Positions 27,876 through 38,700 of a DNA stretch of 61,561 nucleotides are shown here, one piece after another (within the stretch, counting starts at the first letter, position 1; each line of letters starts with the position of its first letter). Made by a program: the position numbers and the translations under genes. The stretch lies in NCBI GenBank assembly GCA_964244115.1, contig CAXTHM010000016.1, positions 1 to 61,561 of the forward strand, given 5' to 3'. This DNA is from an uncultured Thermomicrobiales bacterium (lineage in GTDB: Bacteria; Chloroflexota; Chloroflexia; Thermomicrobiales; UBA6265). Below the pieces are notes generated by a model. The model ran no database searches. It was not told where the DNA came from and saw only the letters and a list, made by a program, of their open reading frames with translations.

Positions 27876-29117
27876 ATGCTGATCGACCTGCACGTCATCC
27901 AGAACATCGCCCCGGCCAACCTCAACCGCGACGACACCGGCTCGCCGAAAGACGCCATCTTCGGCGGCTACCGCCGGGCCCGCGTCTCCAGTCAGGCCTG
28001 GAAGCGCGCGATCCGCCACGCGTTCGAGACCGACGGCCTGCTGCCGAAGGACCAGCTCGCCGTCCGGACGAAGCGCGTCGTCAACGAGCTCGTCGACAAG
28101 TTGGCCGCCGAGGGCCGGAGCCCCGAGCAGCGCGTCGCCGTTGCGGTTGCCATGCTGGGCGGGATCGGGCTCAGCGCCGACCCGAACGACGCGGGCGAGT
28201 ATCTGACGCAGTATCTGCTCTACATCGGCAACGACGAGATCGCGAAGCTCGCCGACGTCGCCAATGAGCATTGGGCCGACCTCACGTCGGCCAACCCCCC
28301 AGCCAGCACCGAGACGGGCAAGAACCGCAAGAAGACGAGCAAGGGAGCGATCACCGACACGATCCGTAGCCAGGTCCTGAGCGCCCTCGACGGCAGCCGC
28401 GCCGTCGACCTCGCCCTGTTCGGCCGGATGCTGGCCGACCTGCCGGTCAAGAACGTCGATGGCGCCGTGCAGGTGGCCCACGCGATCTCGACCCACGCCG
28501 TCGAGTTCGAGTTCGACTACTACACCGCCGTCGACGACCTCAACACCGTCGACGAGACCGGCGCCGGCATGATCGGCACCGTCGAGTTCAATTCGGCGAC
28601 CTTCTACCGGTACACCAGCATCGACGTCGGCGACCTGGCGAAGAACCTCGGCAAGAACCACGAACTGGCCGTCCGGGCGGCGCTGGCCTACATCCGGGGT
28701 TTCCTGCTGGCGATCCCCAGCGGCAAGCAGACCAGCTTCGCCGCCCAGAACCTGCCCAGCGCGGCGCTGGCCGTCGTCCGCGAGCACGGCCGCTGGTCGC
28801 TGGCCAACGCCTTCGTCCGGCCGGTCCCGACGCGCTCCGGCGACGGCCTGGTCGCGAAGTCGATCGAGGAGCTGGCCGGGTACTACGGTCGCCTGACCGG
28901 GATGTACGGCGACGATGGCATCGTCGCGACGCCGTTCCTGGTCGACAGCGCCTACGCCGACGCGGCGCCGGATCTGACGCCGAGCGGCGACATCCGCCAG
29001 TGGCTGGCGGCGATCGAGGCGGCCCTGGCGCCGAAGCCGGACACCGCGGCCATCAGCCCGGACACCGCGGCCGCCAAGCCGGACACCGCGGCGACCAGCG
29101 ACGGCGAGGTGGCGTGA
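27876..29117 (+). CDS. cas7: Cas7e (Cse4/CasC), Cascade backbone subunit
   Basis: MLIDLHVIQNIAPANLNRDDTGSPKDAIFGGYRRARVSSQAWKRAIR is the hallmark Cas7e N-terminus. The C-terminal tail holds three copies of a 21-nt repeat (KPDTAA...). Confidence 0.9.
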   Translation: MLIDLHVIQNIAPANLNRDDTGSPKDAIFGGYRRARVSSQAWKRAIRHAFETDGLLPKDQLAVRTKRVVNELVDKLAAEGRSPEQRVAVAVAMLGGIGLSADPNDAGEYLTQYLLYIGNDEIAKLADVANEHWADLTSANPPASTETGKNRKKTSKGAITDTIRSQVLSALDGSRAVDLALFGRMLADLPVKNVDGAVQVAHAISTHAVEFEFDYYTAVDDLNTVDETGAGMIGTVEFNSATFYRYTSIDVGDLAKNLGKNHELAVRAALAYIRGFLLAIPSGKQTSFAAQNLPSAALAVVREHGRWSLANAFVRPVPTRSGDGLVAKSIEELAGYYGRLTGMYGDDGIVATPFLVDSAYADAAPDLTPSGDIRQWLAAIEAALAPKPDTAAISPDTAAAKPDTAATSDGEVA

Positions 29118-29986
29118 TGACCACCGCGAACGACCGACCCGGCCAGGAGGCCAGCGGGACGGCGACGCTGCTGCTGCGGCTGGCCGGGCCGCTCCAGAGC
29201 TGGGGGATCAGCAGCCGCTACGCCTCCCGCGATACCGGCGCGGAGCCGAGCAAGTCCGGCGTGATCGGCATCCTCGCCGCCGCCCTCGGCCTGCCCCGCG
29301 ATACCGACCTGTCCCGGGTCCAGCTCACCGGTATCGCTGGGCCGGTCGATCTGACCCGCCTGAGGATGGGCGTCCGGGTCGACAACGAGGGCGTCCCCGG
29401 CTACGACTTCCAGACCGTCGGCGGGGGCGATGACGACCCCGGCATCGCGATGGCCCGCGACACCCCGAAGGCGATCGCCCGCCGGCTGGCCGACCGGGCT
29501 GCCGGCCGCTTGGGTAACAAGGGCGCGATCTCGATCTCCAACCGCTACTTTCTGCAGGATGCCGTCTTCCTGGTCGGGCTGGAAGGGACGGACGTCGAGG
29601 TCCTGCACGAGCTCGATCTGGCGATCCGCCAACCGGTCTTCCCGATCGGGCTCGGTCGCCGGAGCTACGTGCCGTCCTGCCCGGTCGGCCTGCCCGGCGG
29701 TGGCGTCCGCGAGCGCTCATTGGAGCGGGCGCTGGGCCAGGAACTGCCATGGCCGATCGACGGCCGCAGTGTCCGGCCGGACTGGCGCTTGACGGGCGAG
29801 CGGCGGCTCCGGACCGTGATCGAGGCGAGCGCCGGCGAGGACGGGATCATCCGCAACGACCAGCCGGTCGGGGCCGCGTTCCTGACCCGCGTCTTCGGTC
29901 CCCGAGCCGTGGTCTACGACGACATCCCGGCACCGATCAGGACTCCGGACGCCGAGGACACCACTCCGGAGGAGGGCGCGGCATGA
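29117..29986 (+). CDS. cas5: Cas5e (CasD)
   Basis: ATG 29117 overlaps the cas7 stop (ATGA). TLLLRLAGPLQSWGISSRYASRDTGAEPSKSGVIGILAAALGLPRD is the canonical Cas5e N-terminal motif. Confidence 0.9.
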   Translation: MTTANDRPGQEASGTATLLLRLAGPLQSWGISSRYASRDTGAEPSKSGVIGILAAALGLPRDTDLSRVQLTGIAGPVDLTRLRMGVRVDNEGVPGYDFQTVGGGDDDPGIAMARDTPKAIARRLADRAAGRLGNKGAISISNRYFLQDAVFLVGLEGTDVEVLHELDLAIRQPVFPIGLGRRSYVPSCPVGLPGGGVRERSLERALGQELPWPIDGRSVRPDWRLTGERRLRTVIEASAGEDGIIRNDQPVGAAFLTRVFGPRAVVYDDIPAPIRTPDAEDTTPEEGAA

Positions 29987-30897
29987 GCACTTCGACCACG
30001 GACGCATCGATTGCGCCGCTCTACCTGTCCCGCCTGCGGCTGAACCTGCGGCACCCGCGCGTCCAGCGGTCGCTCGGCGACGCCCAGGCGCTGCACCAGC
30101 TCGTGATGTCGCTGTTCCCGGCGGTGGAGTCCGACACGGCGCGGGCGGCGATGGCGGTCCTGTACCGGGTCGACGAGGCGGAGCCGATGCGCGGCCAGGC
30201 GGGGCGCGACGCCACCCGTCAGCAGACGGGGGCTGCCGACCCGATCCTGATCGTCCAGGCGACGGTCGCTCCGCGACTGGTCGGGGCCGAGCGGGACACC
30301 GGGTCGGACGCCGGTCCGGCCTGGGCGGCGGGGATGCTCCGGGACGAGACCGGCCCGGACGACGCCCTGGCCACCCGTGACGTCGCCCCGGTCTTCGCCG
30401 GGATCACGGCCGGGCAGCGCCTCGGTTTTCGCCTCCGGGCCAACCCGACCAGGCGCCTCTCGCTCACCCGCCCGGAGGACGACCCGCGCGGTCCGGACCC
30501 ACTGCTGAACCGGCACCGCGAGGCCGGCAAGGGGACCGGCCCGCGGGTCGCGCTCCTCAAGCCCGAGGAGCAGACCCAGTGGCTCGTCCGGCAGGGGGAG
30601 CGGCACGGCTTCGCGCTCGTCCCGCAGGAGCGGACCTGGGTGGCACGACCCGACCCGGCGACCCCCGAGGCGCTCGATGCACCCGACGCGCCGTCATTCG
30701 TCCTGACGGGCGCCTCCGTCCGGACGGGGGGCGCCCGTGGTCGCCAGCGGGACCGGCTGACCCACAACGCCGTCACCTTCGACGGTGAGCTGACGGTGAC
30801 CGACGCCGAGGCGTTCCGGGCGGCCCTCCGGAGCGGGATCGGCCCCGCCAGGGCCTACGGGTTCGGGCTGCTCTCCGTCCGCCGTCCGTCCAGGTAG
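29983..30897 (+). CDS. cas6e: Cas6e (CasE/Cse3) crRNA endoribonuclease
   Basis: ATG 29983 overlaps the cas5 stop. LYLSRLRLNLRHPRVQRSLGDAQALHQLVMSLFP and the C-terminal GIGPARAYGFGLLSV are CasE-like. Confidence 0.85.
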   Translation: MSTSTTDASIAPLYLSRLRLNLRHPRVQRSLGDAQALHQLVMSLFPAVESDTARAAMAVLYRVDEAEPMRGQAGRDATRQQTGAADPILIVQATVAPRLVGAERDTGSDAGPAWAAGMLRDETGPDDALATRDVAPVFAGITAGQRLGFRLRANPTRRLSLTRPEDDPRGPDPLLNRHREAGKGTGPRVALLKPEEQTQWLVRQGERHGFALVPQERTWVARPDPATPEALDAPDAPSFVLTGASVRTGGARGRQRDRLTHNAVTFDGELTVTDAEAFRAALRSGIGPARAYGFGLLSVRRPSR

Positions 30898-30926
30898 CCA
30901 GCCCGGCTCGGACCCAGTCAGCAGTG

Positions 30927-30976
30927 GGACAAGCGGACGGCCGCCGGGAATCTCCCCGGCGGCCGTCCGCTTGTCC
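30927..30976 (+). terminator. Perfect 22-bp GC-rich hairpin between cas6e and cas1
   Basis: GGACAAGCGGACGGCCGCCGGG (30927-30948), loop AATCTC, CCCGGCGGCCGTCCGCTTGTCC (30955-30976). Starts 30 nt after the cas6e stop; no U-tract. Confidence 0.5.
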
Positions 30977-31085
30977 GAATCCGGCCAGCCAGCCGGAACG
31001 GATCAGCACGCCCGGGCGGCCCCGTAGCCGACCCGGGTCTCGACAGACGGTGTCGATGCCGCCCCACCCGGAAGGAGTGCCCGCC

Positions 31086-32246
31086 ATGCCCCTCGACCTC
31101 CAGACGCTGCCCAAGGTCCGCGACTCCTGGTCCCACCTCTACGTCGAACACGCGAAGATCGACCAGGACGGCAAGGCGATCGCCGTCCACGACGCCGACG
31201 GGATGGTACCGGTCCCCTGCGCCTCGCTGACCCTGCTGTTGCTCGGCCCGGGGACCTCGATCTCCCACGCCGCGATCCGGACGCTGGCCGAGAACGGCTG
31301 CATGGTGGGCTGGACGGGCGAGGAGAGCGTCCGGTTCTACGCGCTCGGCAGCGGCGAGACGCGGTCGGCCCGGAACCTGATGCATCAGGCGCGGGTCTGG
31401 GCGCACCCGACGACGCGGCTGGCGGTCGTGTTCCGGATGTACCGGCACCGGTTCAACGAGGAACTATCGCCGGACCTGACCCTGCGGCAACTGCGCGGCT
31501 GGGAGGGCGTCCGGGTCCGCGAGGCCTACGCCCGGGCCAGCCGCGCGACCGGGGTCGAGTGGCGCGGCCGGCAGGTCAACCGGAGCGACTGGGGCGCCCA
31601 GGACCCGATCAACAAGGCCATCAGTTCCGCCAACTCATGCCTCTACGGCGTCTGCCACGCGGCGATCGTCGCGGCGGGATACAGCCCCGGCATGGGGTTC
31701 ATCCACACCGGCAAGATGCTGAGCTTCGTCTACGACATCGCCGACCTCTACAAAGCGGACTTCGCCATCCCCGCGGCCTTCGACGCGACCGCCGCCGGCA
31801 CCGAGGACCTCGAATCACGGGTTCGGAGAGCTTGCCGGGACGCCTTCCGGCGGGGGCGCCTGCTGGCCCGGATCGTCAATGACATCCAGCGCCTGCTCGA
31901 CATCCCGCCGGCGCCGGACCTTGGCGCGTTCGACGACGACGCGTCGCTTCCCGGCGGGCTCTGGGACCCGGTCGATGGCGTCGTCCGGGGCGGCGTGAAC
32001 TGGGCGGCGGCCTGGGAGCAGTCCGGCGCGGCCACGGCCCCGGTCCGCCGCGACGACCTGCCCGCCGCCGAGGTGGGAGGCGCAGACGACGCCGGGTTGC
32101 CTGCCTCGGCGATCCCGCTGGCCAATGGCTCCCTCAACGGGGCGTCCGATGACCGGCCAGAGGACACCCTGCCGATCGCCACGCCACGACCCGAGGCGGG
32201 TGCGCCGCGTTCGGATGGCGAGTGGATCGACGGAGGTGACGCATGA
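31086..32246 (+). CDS. cas1: Cas1e integrase with a ~80-aa low-complexity C-terminal tail
   Basis: ATG 31086 (GGAAGGAG 7 nt upstream). LPKVRDSWSHLYVEHAKIDQDGKAIAVHDADGMVPVPCASLTLLLLGPGTSISHAAIRTLAENGC...MGFIHTGKMLSFVYDIADLYK is the Cas1e pattern. Confidence 0.9.
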   Translation: MPLDLQTLPKVRDSWSHLYVEHAKIDQDGKAIAVHDADGMVPVPCASLTLLLLGPGTSISHAAIRTLAENGCMVGWTGEESVRFYALGSGETRSARNLMHQARVWAHPTTRLAVVFRMYRHRFNEELSPDLTLRQLRGWEGVRVREAYARASRATGVEWRGRQVNRSDWGAQDPINKAISSANSCLYGVCHAAIVAAGYSPGMGFIHTGKMLSFVYDIADLYKADFAIPAAFDATAAGTEDLESRVRRACRDAFRRGRLLARIVNDIQRLLDIPPAPDLGAFDDDASLPGGLWDPVDGVVRGGVNWAAAWEQSGAATAPVRRDDLPAAEVGGADDAGLPASAIPLANGSLNGASDDRPEDTLPIATPRPEAGAPRSDGEWIDGGDA

Positions 32247-32605
32247 TCGTCTTCGTGATGGAGCGTGTCCCGGCGTCGCTGCGGGGCGAACTGACGCGCT
32301 GGATGCTGGAAGCCCGGGCGGGGGTGTTCATCGGCGACGTGACGGCGATGGTGCGGGACAAGCTCTGGGAGAAGGCCTGCGCGGCCGCGAAGGGCGGCTC
32401 GGTGCTGCTGGTCCACTCGGCGGACACCGAGCAGGGGTTCGCAATCCGGAGCTACGGGGAGCCGGACCGGACGCTGGTGGACTACGAGGGGCTGCTGCTG
32501 TTCCGGCGGCCGGCCCGTGAGCAACCGACACCGATCGAACCCTCGACCGGAACGTCGGTACCCGAACCACCCGCCGGGGCGTCCTCCGAGCTGGCCTCCT
32601 CGTAG
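32243..32605 (+). CDS. cas2: Cas2e
   Basis: MIVFVMERVPASLRGELTRWMLEARAGVFIGDVTAMVRDKLWEK... is the typical Cas2e N-terminus. 4-nt overlap with cas1. Confidence 0.85.
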   Translation: MIVFVMERVPASLRGELTRWMLEARAGVFIGDVTAMVRDKLWEKACAAAKGGSVLLVHSADTEQGFAIRSYGEPDRTLVDYEGLLLFRRPAREQPTPIEPSTGTSVPEPPAGASSELASS

Positions 32606-32733
32606 TCCTGGGCGGTCGCGGATCGGAGCAGGCTCCCGACGTGCCGGCGGTGCGGATCAGTAGGACCGACTCGTGAGATACTTCGGACCTGTCCCCGGAC
32701 GCCGATAGCCGCCGTTGCGGGCATTTCGGAAGT
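32606..32733 (+). promoter_or_regulatory. Putative CRISPR leader
   Basis: 128-nt spacer between the cas2 stop and the first repeat. Positional inference from type I-E architecture only. It is not noticeably AT-rich and no promoter was recognised. Confidence 0.4.
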
Positions 32734-35700
32734 GCCGTCCCCACGGGCGTGGGGGTGAACCGTGTCATCGTGGATTCCTCCTTCGAGGATGCCGGCCGTC
32801 CCCACGGGCGTGGGGGTGAACCGACCTGCGAGATGGCGCGCACCCGGAAGGATGCGCCGTCCCCACGGGCGTGGGGGTGAACCGCCACAAGGCGAACTGG
32901 CGGATTCATCCGCGTCGCCGTCCCCACGGGCGTGGGGGTGAACCGATGTCAAACAGTAATGGAGGTGGTGGAGATACGCCGTCCCCACGGGCGTGGGGGT
33001 GAACCGAATAATGGGACTTTTTGGAGGAAAATCTCCTGGCCGTCCCCACGGGCGTGGGGGTGAACCGGGGGAAGTACCCGAGTCTTTGTTTCCCAGGTTG
33101 CCGTCCCCACGGGCGTGGGGGTGAACCGTCCCCCTATCCCCGGACCCACGAGACCCGCTCGCCGTCCCCACGGGCGTGGGGGTGAACCGAGTGCCGACGG
33201 GTCGACGTACGCCTGCCACGCGCCGTCCCCACGGGCGTGGGGGTGAACCGGAGGGCTACATGATGACATCGACAATGGCATTGCCGTCCCCACGGGCGTG
33301 GGGGTGAACCGGCAACATGGTATCGAGCGTCCCCGACATGGGAGCCGTCCCCACGGGCGTGGGGGTGAACCGGTGTGCTCGGATCCACGTCATCATGTCG
33401 ACTTGCCGTCCCCACGGGCGTGGGGGTGAACCGGCCCGGTCGGGACCGGCAAGAGTTACGCCCTGGCCGTCCCCACGGGCGTGGGGGTGAACCGACGAGC
33501 TCGATGTCGACCGCCTTGCCGTCGATGCCGTCCCCACGGGCGTGGGGGTGAACCGAATCGGCCTGGTCGCCGTAGAGCCGACCGATCGCCGTCCCCACGG
33601 GCGTGGGGGTGAACCGGACCCGCTCGCCCGGGTTGCTCCAGAGCTGAAGCCGTCCCCACGGGCGTGGGGGTGAACCGATACGTCTCAACGTGCCGATAAC
33701 CCGCCGGGAGCCGTCCCCACGGGCGTGGGGGTGAACCGCTCCAGGACATCCGGCTGCCGGAGTTCCAGGCGCCGTCCCCACGGGCGTGGGGGTGAACCGG
33801 CCGAGCACGCCGCCGGCGAGATCACTGATCCGCCGTCCCCACGGGCGTGGGGGTGAACCGCTGGTATTCAGCCTCACGCGCCATCTCCAGGTGCCGTCCC
33901 CACGGGCGTGGGGGTGAACCGAACTCCGGGAACGCCGCCTTGATCGCGGCGTTGCCGTCCCCACGGGCGTGGGGGTGAACCGGCCGGGGAAGCTCGGACG
34001 GGGTACCTTTTTGGGCCGTCCCCACGGGCGTGGGGGTGAACCGATAATCGATGGGTAGGTCATTCGCCGCCCAATGCCGTCCCCACGGGCGTGGGGGTGA
34101 ACCGATAAACGAGCTCCTCAACTCCGGCAACTGCTAGCCGTCCCCACGGGCGTGGGGGTGAACCGACCACGCGGGGCGTGAATGTCCATCAGGAAACGCC
34201 GTCCCCACGGGCGTGGGGGTGAACCGGATATCATTGATGCGGCTCGTGATCAAAATCCGCCGTCCCCACGGGCGTGGGGGTGAACCGACCCTACTGCTCA
34301 GCCACAAGCCGCACCTTCAGCCGTCCCCACGGGCGTGGGGGTGAACCGTGGGCGCCCTGGCCGCCGGCGACCGAAAGGTCGCCGTCCCCACGGGCGTGGG
34401 GGTGAACCGGTGCAACCGGTCCGGGTCGTTGGCGCAGGCCTGCCGTCCCCACGGGCGTGGGGGTGAACCGCACCAGCCCGACCGTCCCCGTCGCCGACTG
34501 ATGCCGTCCCCACGGGCGTGGGGGTGAACCGTAATCGGCCATCACCGCGGCCAGCTCCGCCCGGCCGTCCCCACGGGCGTGGGGGTGAACCGAAGACCCG
34601 GTCGATCTTGGTCTCCACACTGCCGCCGTCCCCACGGGCGTGGGGGTGAACCGGCAATAGGGCGATCGTCGCGCCGCAAAACGAGGCCGTCCCCACGGGC
34701 GTGGGGGTGAACCGGTCGCCTGGGGCGTGAACGCCGAGCCGGCGAAGCCGTCCCCACGGGCGTGGGGGTGAACCGGATTCGCCTCGCCCCCGCCGGCTCC
34801 TGATCCGGCCGTCCCCACGGGCGTGGGGGTGAACCGACGCCCTCCCGGTTGGGCCAGGGCGAGTAGTGGCCGTCCCCACGGGCGTGGGGGTGAACCGGCG
34901 TCGCGTAGCGCCTGTTTCTCACGCTCGCTGCCGTCCCCACGGGCGTGGGGGTGAACCGCCACCGGACGGGTTGGCTATCAGGTCATCCCAGCCGTCCCCA
35001 CGGGCGTGGGGGTGAACCGTCCCGATCGCGGAAAAACTTGCTCCCGCATGGGCCGTCCCCACGGGCGTGGGGGTGAACCGGCCAACGTCGCCGCTGCCTT
35101 GCAGGAACCGCAGCCGTCCCCACGGGCGTGGGGGTGAACCGGCGGACTCAAGCCACCCCACCCCCTTGCGATAGCCGTCCCCACGGGCGTGGGGGTGAAC
35201 CGAAGCCAACTCCGCAGCGAGGGTGTTCGAGTTCGCCGTCCCCACGGGCGTGGGGGTGAACCGAGAATGACGAGGGGTGCAATCTCACGGGTGTAGCCGT
35301 CCCCACGGGCGTGGGGGTGAACCGGCAATCTCGGGTTGTGCATAGACCCCACGTCCGCCGTCCCCACGGGCGTGGGGGTGAACCGTACGATTGCCAGTGT
35401 TTTTGTCAACGTTGATAGCCGTCCCCACGGGCGTGGGGGTGAACCTTTTGTTGCAACACCTGGACCTGTCAGCGTTGCGCCGTCCCCACGGGCGTGGGGG
35501 TGAACCGTGCGCCCGCCGGGGAGTTCACGATCCCGGACGGCCGTCCCCACGGGCGTGGGGGTGAACCGAAATACGGGAAGTGCGAGGGCAAGACGGACAT
35601 GCCGTCCCCACGGGCGTGGGGGTGAACCGTGCCCACCGCGCATCCAGCCGACCGACCAGCGGCCGTCCCCACGGGCGTGGGGGTGAACCGGCCCGGCGGT

Positions 35701-38700
35701 ACTGGGTAGTCAGACTGGCTCGGCCGTCCCCACGGGCGTGGGGGTGAACCGTTGCACAGTCTGATGTTCCTGACCGGCAAGAAGCCGTCCCCACGGGCGT
35801 GGGGGTGAACCGCGACCTGCTCACGTTCGTTCTGCCTGACGATCGCCGTCCCCACGGGCGTGGGGGTGAACCGGGATCATCTGCCGCGGGTGCGAGTTCC
35901 GCGGGGCCGTCCCCACGGGCGTGGGGGTGAACCGCGATGGTAGAGGGCGGCCAGCCGGTTCGCCTGGCCGTCCCCACGGGCGTGGGGGTGAACCGAGCGC
36001 GTCGAAGGCATTGCCGACGGCGGACTGGCCGTCCCCACGGGCGTGGGGGTGAACCGAAGATGGCGACGACGCCGTTCATCCCGCTGGCGCCGTCCCCACG
36101 GGCGTGGGGGTGAACCGATAAACCTTCATTCTGGGTGCTCCCTCTTGAGGCCGTCCCCACGGGCGTGGGGGTGAACCGGAAGCTCCCCTCGTGCGCGATG
36201 AGATAGCCAAGCCGTCCCCACGGGCGTGGGGGTGAACCGGAAGTTCCAGCCGTCCGCCAGAATGCCGCCCAGCCGTCCCCACGGGCGTGGGGGTGAACCG
36301 GGCATGCGGCAGCTCCGCGACCTGACGTCGGGGCCGTCCCCACGGGCGTGGGGGTGAACCGGGCCTTGACCTGATCCGGCAACGGGAGCTTGAGCCGTCC
36401 CCACGGGCGTGGGAGTGAACCGAGACCCGGGAGGATGAATCCTGCCGGGTCTCTGCCGTCCCCACGGGCGTGGGGGTGAACCGCGAGTGTCTCCCGCACC
36501 GCTCCATCCGCAGCAGCCGTCCCCACGGGCGTGGGGGTGAACCGGTGGATGATCGCAGGTGTCCGTTCCCAGATTGGCCGTCCCCACGGGCGTGGGGGTG
36601 AACCAGCAGGACCGGCAGGAAGGACCCGGCGATCGAGGCCGTCCCCACGGGCGTGGGGGTGAACCGAAATCTACGGCCATCTTTGGACGGCGGCGGTCGC
36701 CGTCCCCACGGGCGTGGGGGTGAACCGATAGGCGTCCGTCTGCGCGATGACCTCCTTCTGCCGTCCCCACGGGCGTGGGGGTGAACCGAGTGCCTTCGCT
36801 ACGGGTGCGGCGGGGGAAGCGCCGTCCCCACGGGCGTGGGGGTGAACCGGATCGGATGGCGCTGCCGCATGGCGTCCTCGGGCCGTCCCCACGGGCGTGG
36901 GGGTGAACCGACCTCCTGTCCACGCCGGGAGAACCGGGTGCGGCCGTCCCCACGGGCGTGGGGGTGAACCGCAGCCAACCGCACAAATCATCTCCATTCC
37001 ACCGCCGTCCCCACGGGCGTGGGGGTGAACCGTCTTTCAAATGCCATGCTCGCTACCGCTCGCTGCCGTCCCCACGGGCGTGGGGGTGAACCGAATCGAG
37101 AGGGCAAAAATAGTGACAGCCGTTGGCCGTCCCCACGGGCGTGGGGGTGAACCTCGGGACAATCGTAGCGGAGGCCCAGAGCCGCAGCCGTCCCCACGGG
37201 CGTGGGGGTGAACCGCCTCGCCGACCTTTTTGAGCGCTACCCAGATAGCCGTCCCCACGGGCGTGGGGGTGAACCGATTGCGTGTAGAAAGTCTGAATGG
37301 TATGGGTAGCCGTCCCCACGGGCGTGGGGGTGAACCGTGCAGCCCGCCCTTGGCCGTCCGCTCGATCAGGCCGTCCCCACGGGCGTGGGGGTGAACCGTC
37401 CTTGGGGCCCCAGGCCTTGCGCTTGGTCAGGCCGTCCCCACGGGCGTGGGGGTGAACCGATACTGCTCCTGCGAGAGACCAACAGCTTCCGGCCGTCCCC
37501 ACGGGCGTGGGGGTGAACCGAAGTTTGCTGGTCCGGAGGCAGGAGGCTTCCTGCCGTCCCCACGGGCGTGGGGGTGAACCGCTGACGGCGTCCAATACGT
37601 GTTGGGGACGATCGCCGTCCCCACGGGCGTGGGGGTGAACCGTCGGTCCCGCCGACGCCCGAACCGACCGTCCCGCCGTCCCCACGGGCGTGGGGGTGAA
37701 CCGGAACGGGCTGACGTGGACCCGGTCGCCGGCACGCCGTCCCCACGGGCGTGGGGGTGAACCGAGGTCAAGACCGAGATCCCGGGCAACTACCGGGCCG
37801 TCCCCACGGGCGTGGGGGTGAACCGTTCGTACAGAGGGCGGAGACGGCGGTATCGGCGCCGTCCCCACGGGCGTGGGGGTGAACCGATCGTCGCCAGGTT
37901 CGGGTCCGGGACCACCGCGCCGTCCCCACGGGCGTGGGGGTGAACCGTCGCTGGGTATCTTTTTCACCATCGCCATGCTGCCGTCCCCACGGGCGTGGGG
38001 GTGAACCGCCCCTCCAGCCGAGTACGCTGGAGGGGCTCTTGCCGTCCCCACGGGCGTGGGGGTGAACCGAAACCTCGGGCACTTCGCAGTTGGGTCATAT
38101 TGCCGTCCCCACGGGCGTGGGGGTGAACCGAGCGCATTACCCGCACTTTTCAGCGTGGAACCGCCGTCCCCACGGGCGTGGGGGTGAACCGATGAAGGAA
38201 GAGGAGCTGGAACTGTTGGGAAGGCCGTCCCCACGGGCGTGGGGGTGAACCGAGACCGCCGTTTTTTAGGTATCCGACGGGAAGGCCGTCCCCACGGGCG
38301 TGGGGGTGAACCGTCATGGGCGGCGCTTTTATTGGTGCCGGGGCTGCCGTCCCCACGGGCGTGGGGGTGAACCGGCAGAAGTAACCAGGGCTACCGGCAG
38401 GGTTCCGCCGTCCCCACGGGCGTGGGGGTGAACCGAACAGCCGCTACCCGTTTGCGGTACTCCGCTCGCCGTCCCCACGGGCGTGGGGGTGAACCGTCGA
38501 ACTAATCGACTCTATGGGCGATGATTTTGCCGTCCCCACGGGCGTGGGGGTGAACCGGAGTCATTGGTACCGGCTCCATCGTTACCCCAGCCGTCCCCAC
38601 GGGCGTGGGGGTGAACCGGGCACGCTGCGGACACGGATGGCGCCTAACGGGCCGTCCCCACGGGCGTGGGGGTGAACCTCGACCATCGGCGACCTCGTCA

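Noticed and set aside
33129-33648. Spacer 7 ends and spacer 15 begins with the same 9-mer (GACCCGCTC), suggesting overlapping protospacers
   Set aside because: The implied flanking bases do not fit an AAG-type PAM or the repeat-terminal G. A 9-nt end-to-start match among 126 GC-rich spacers is within chance (a few percent).
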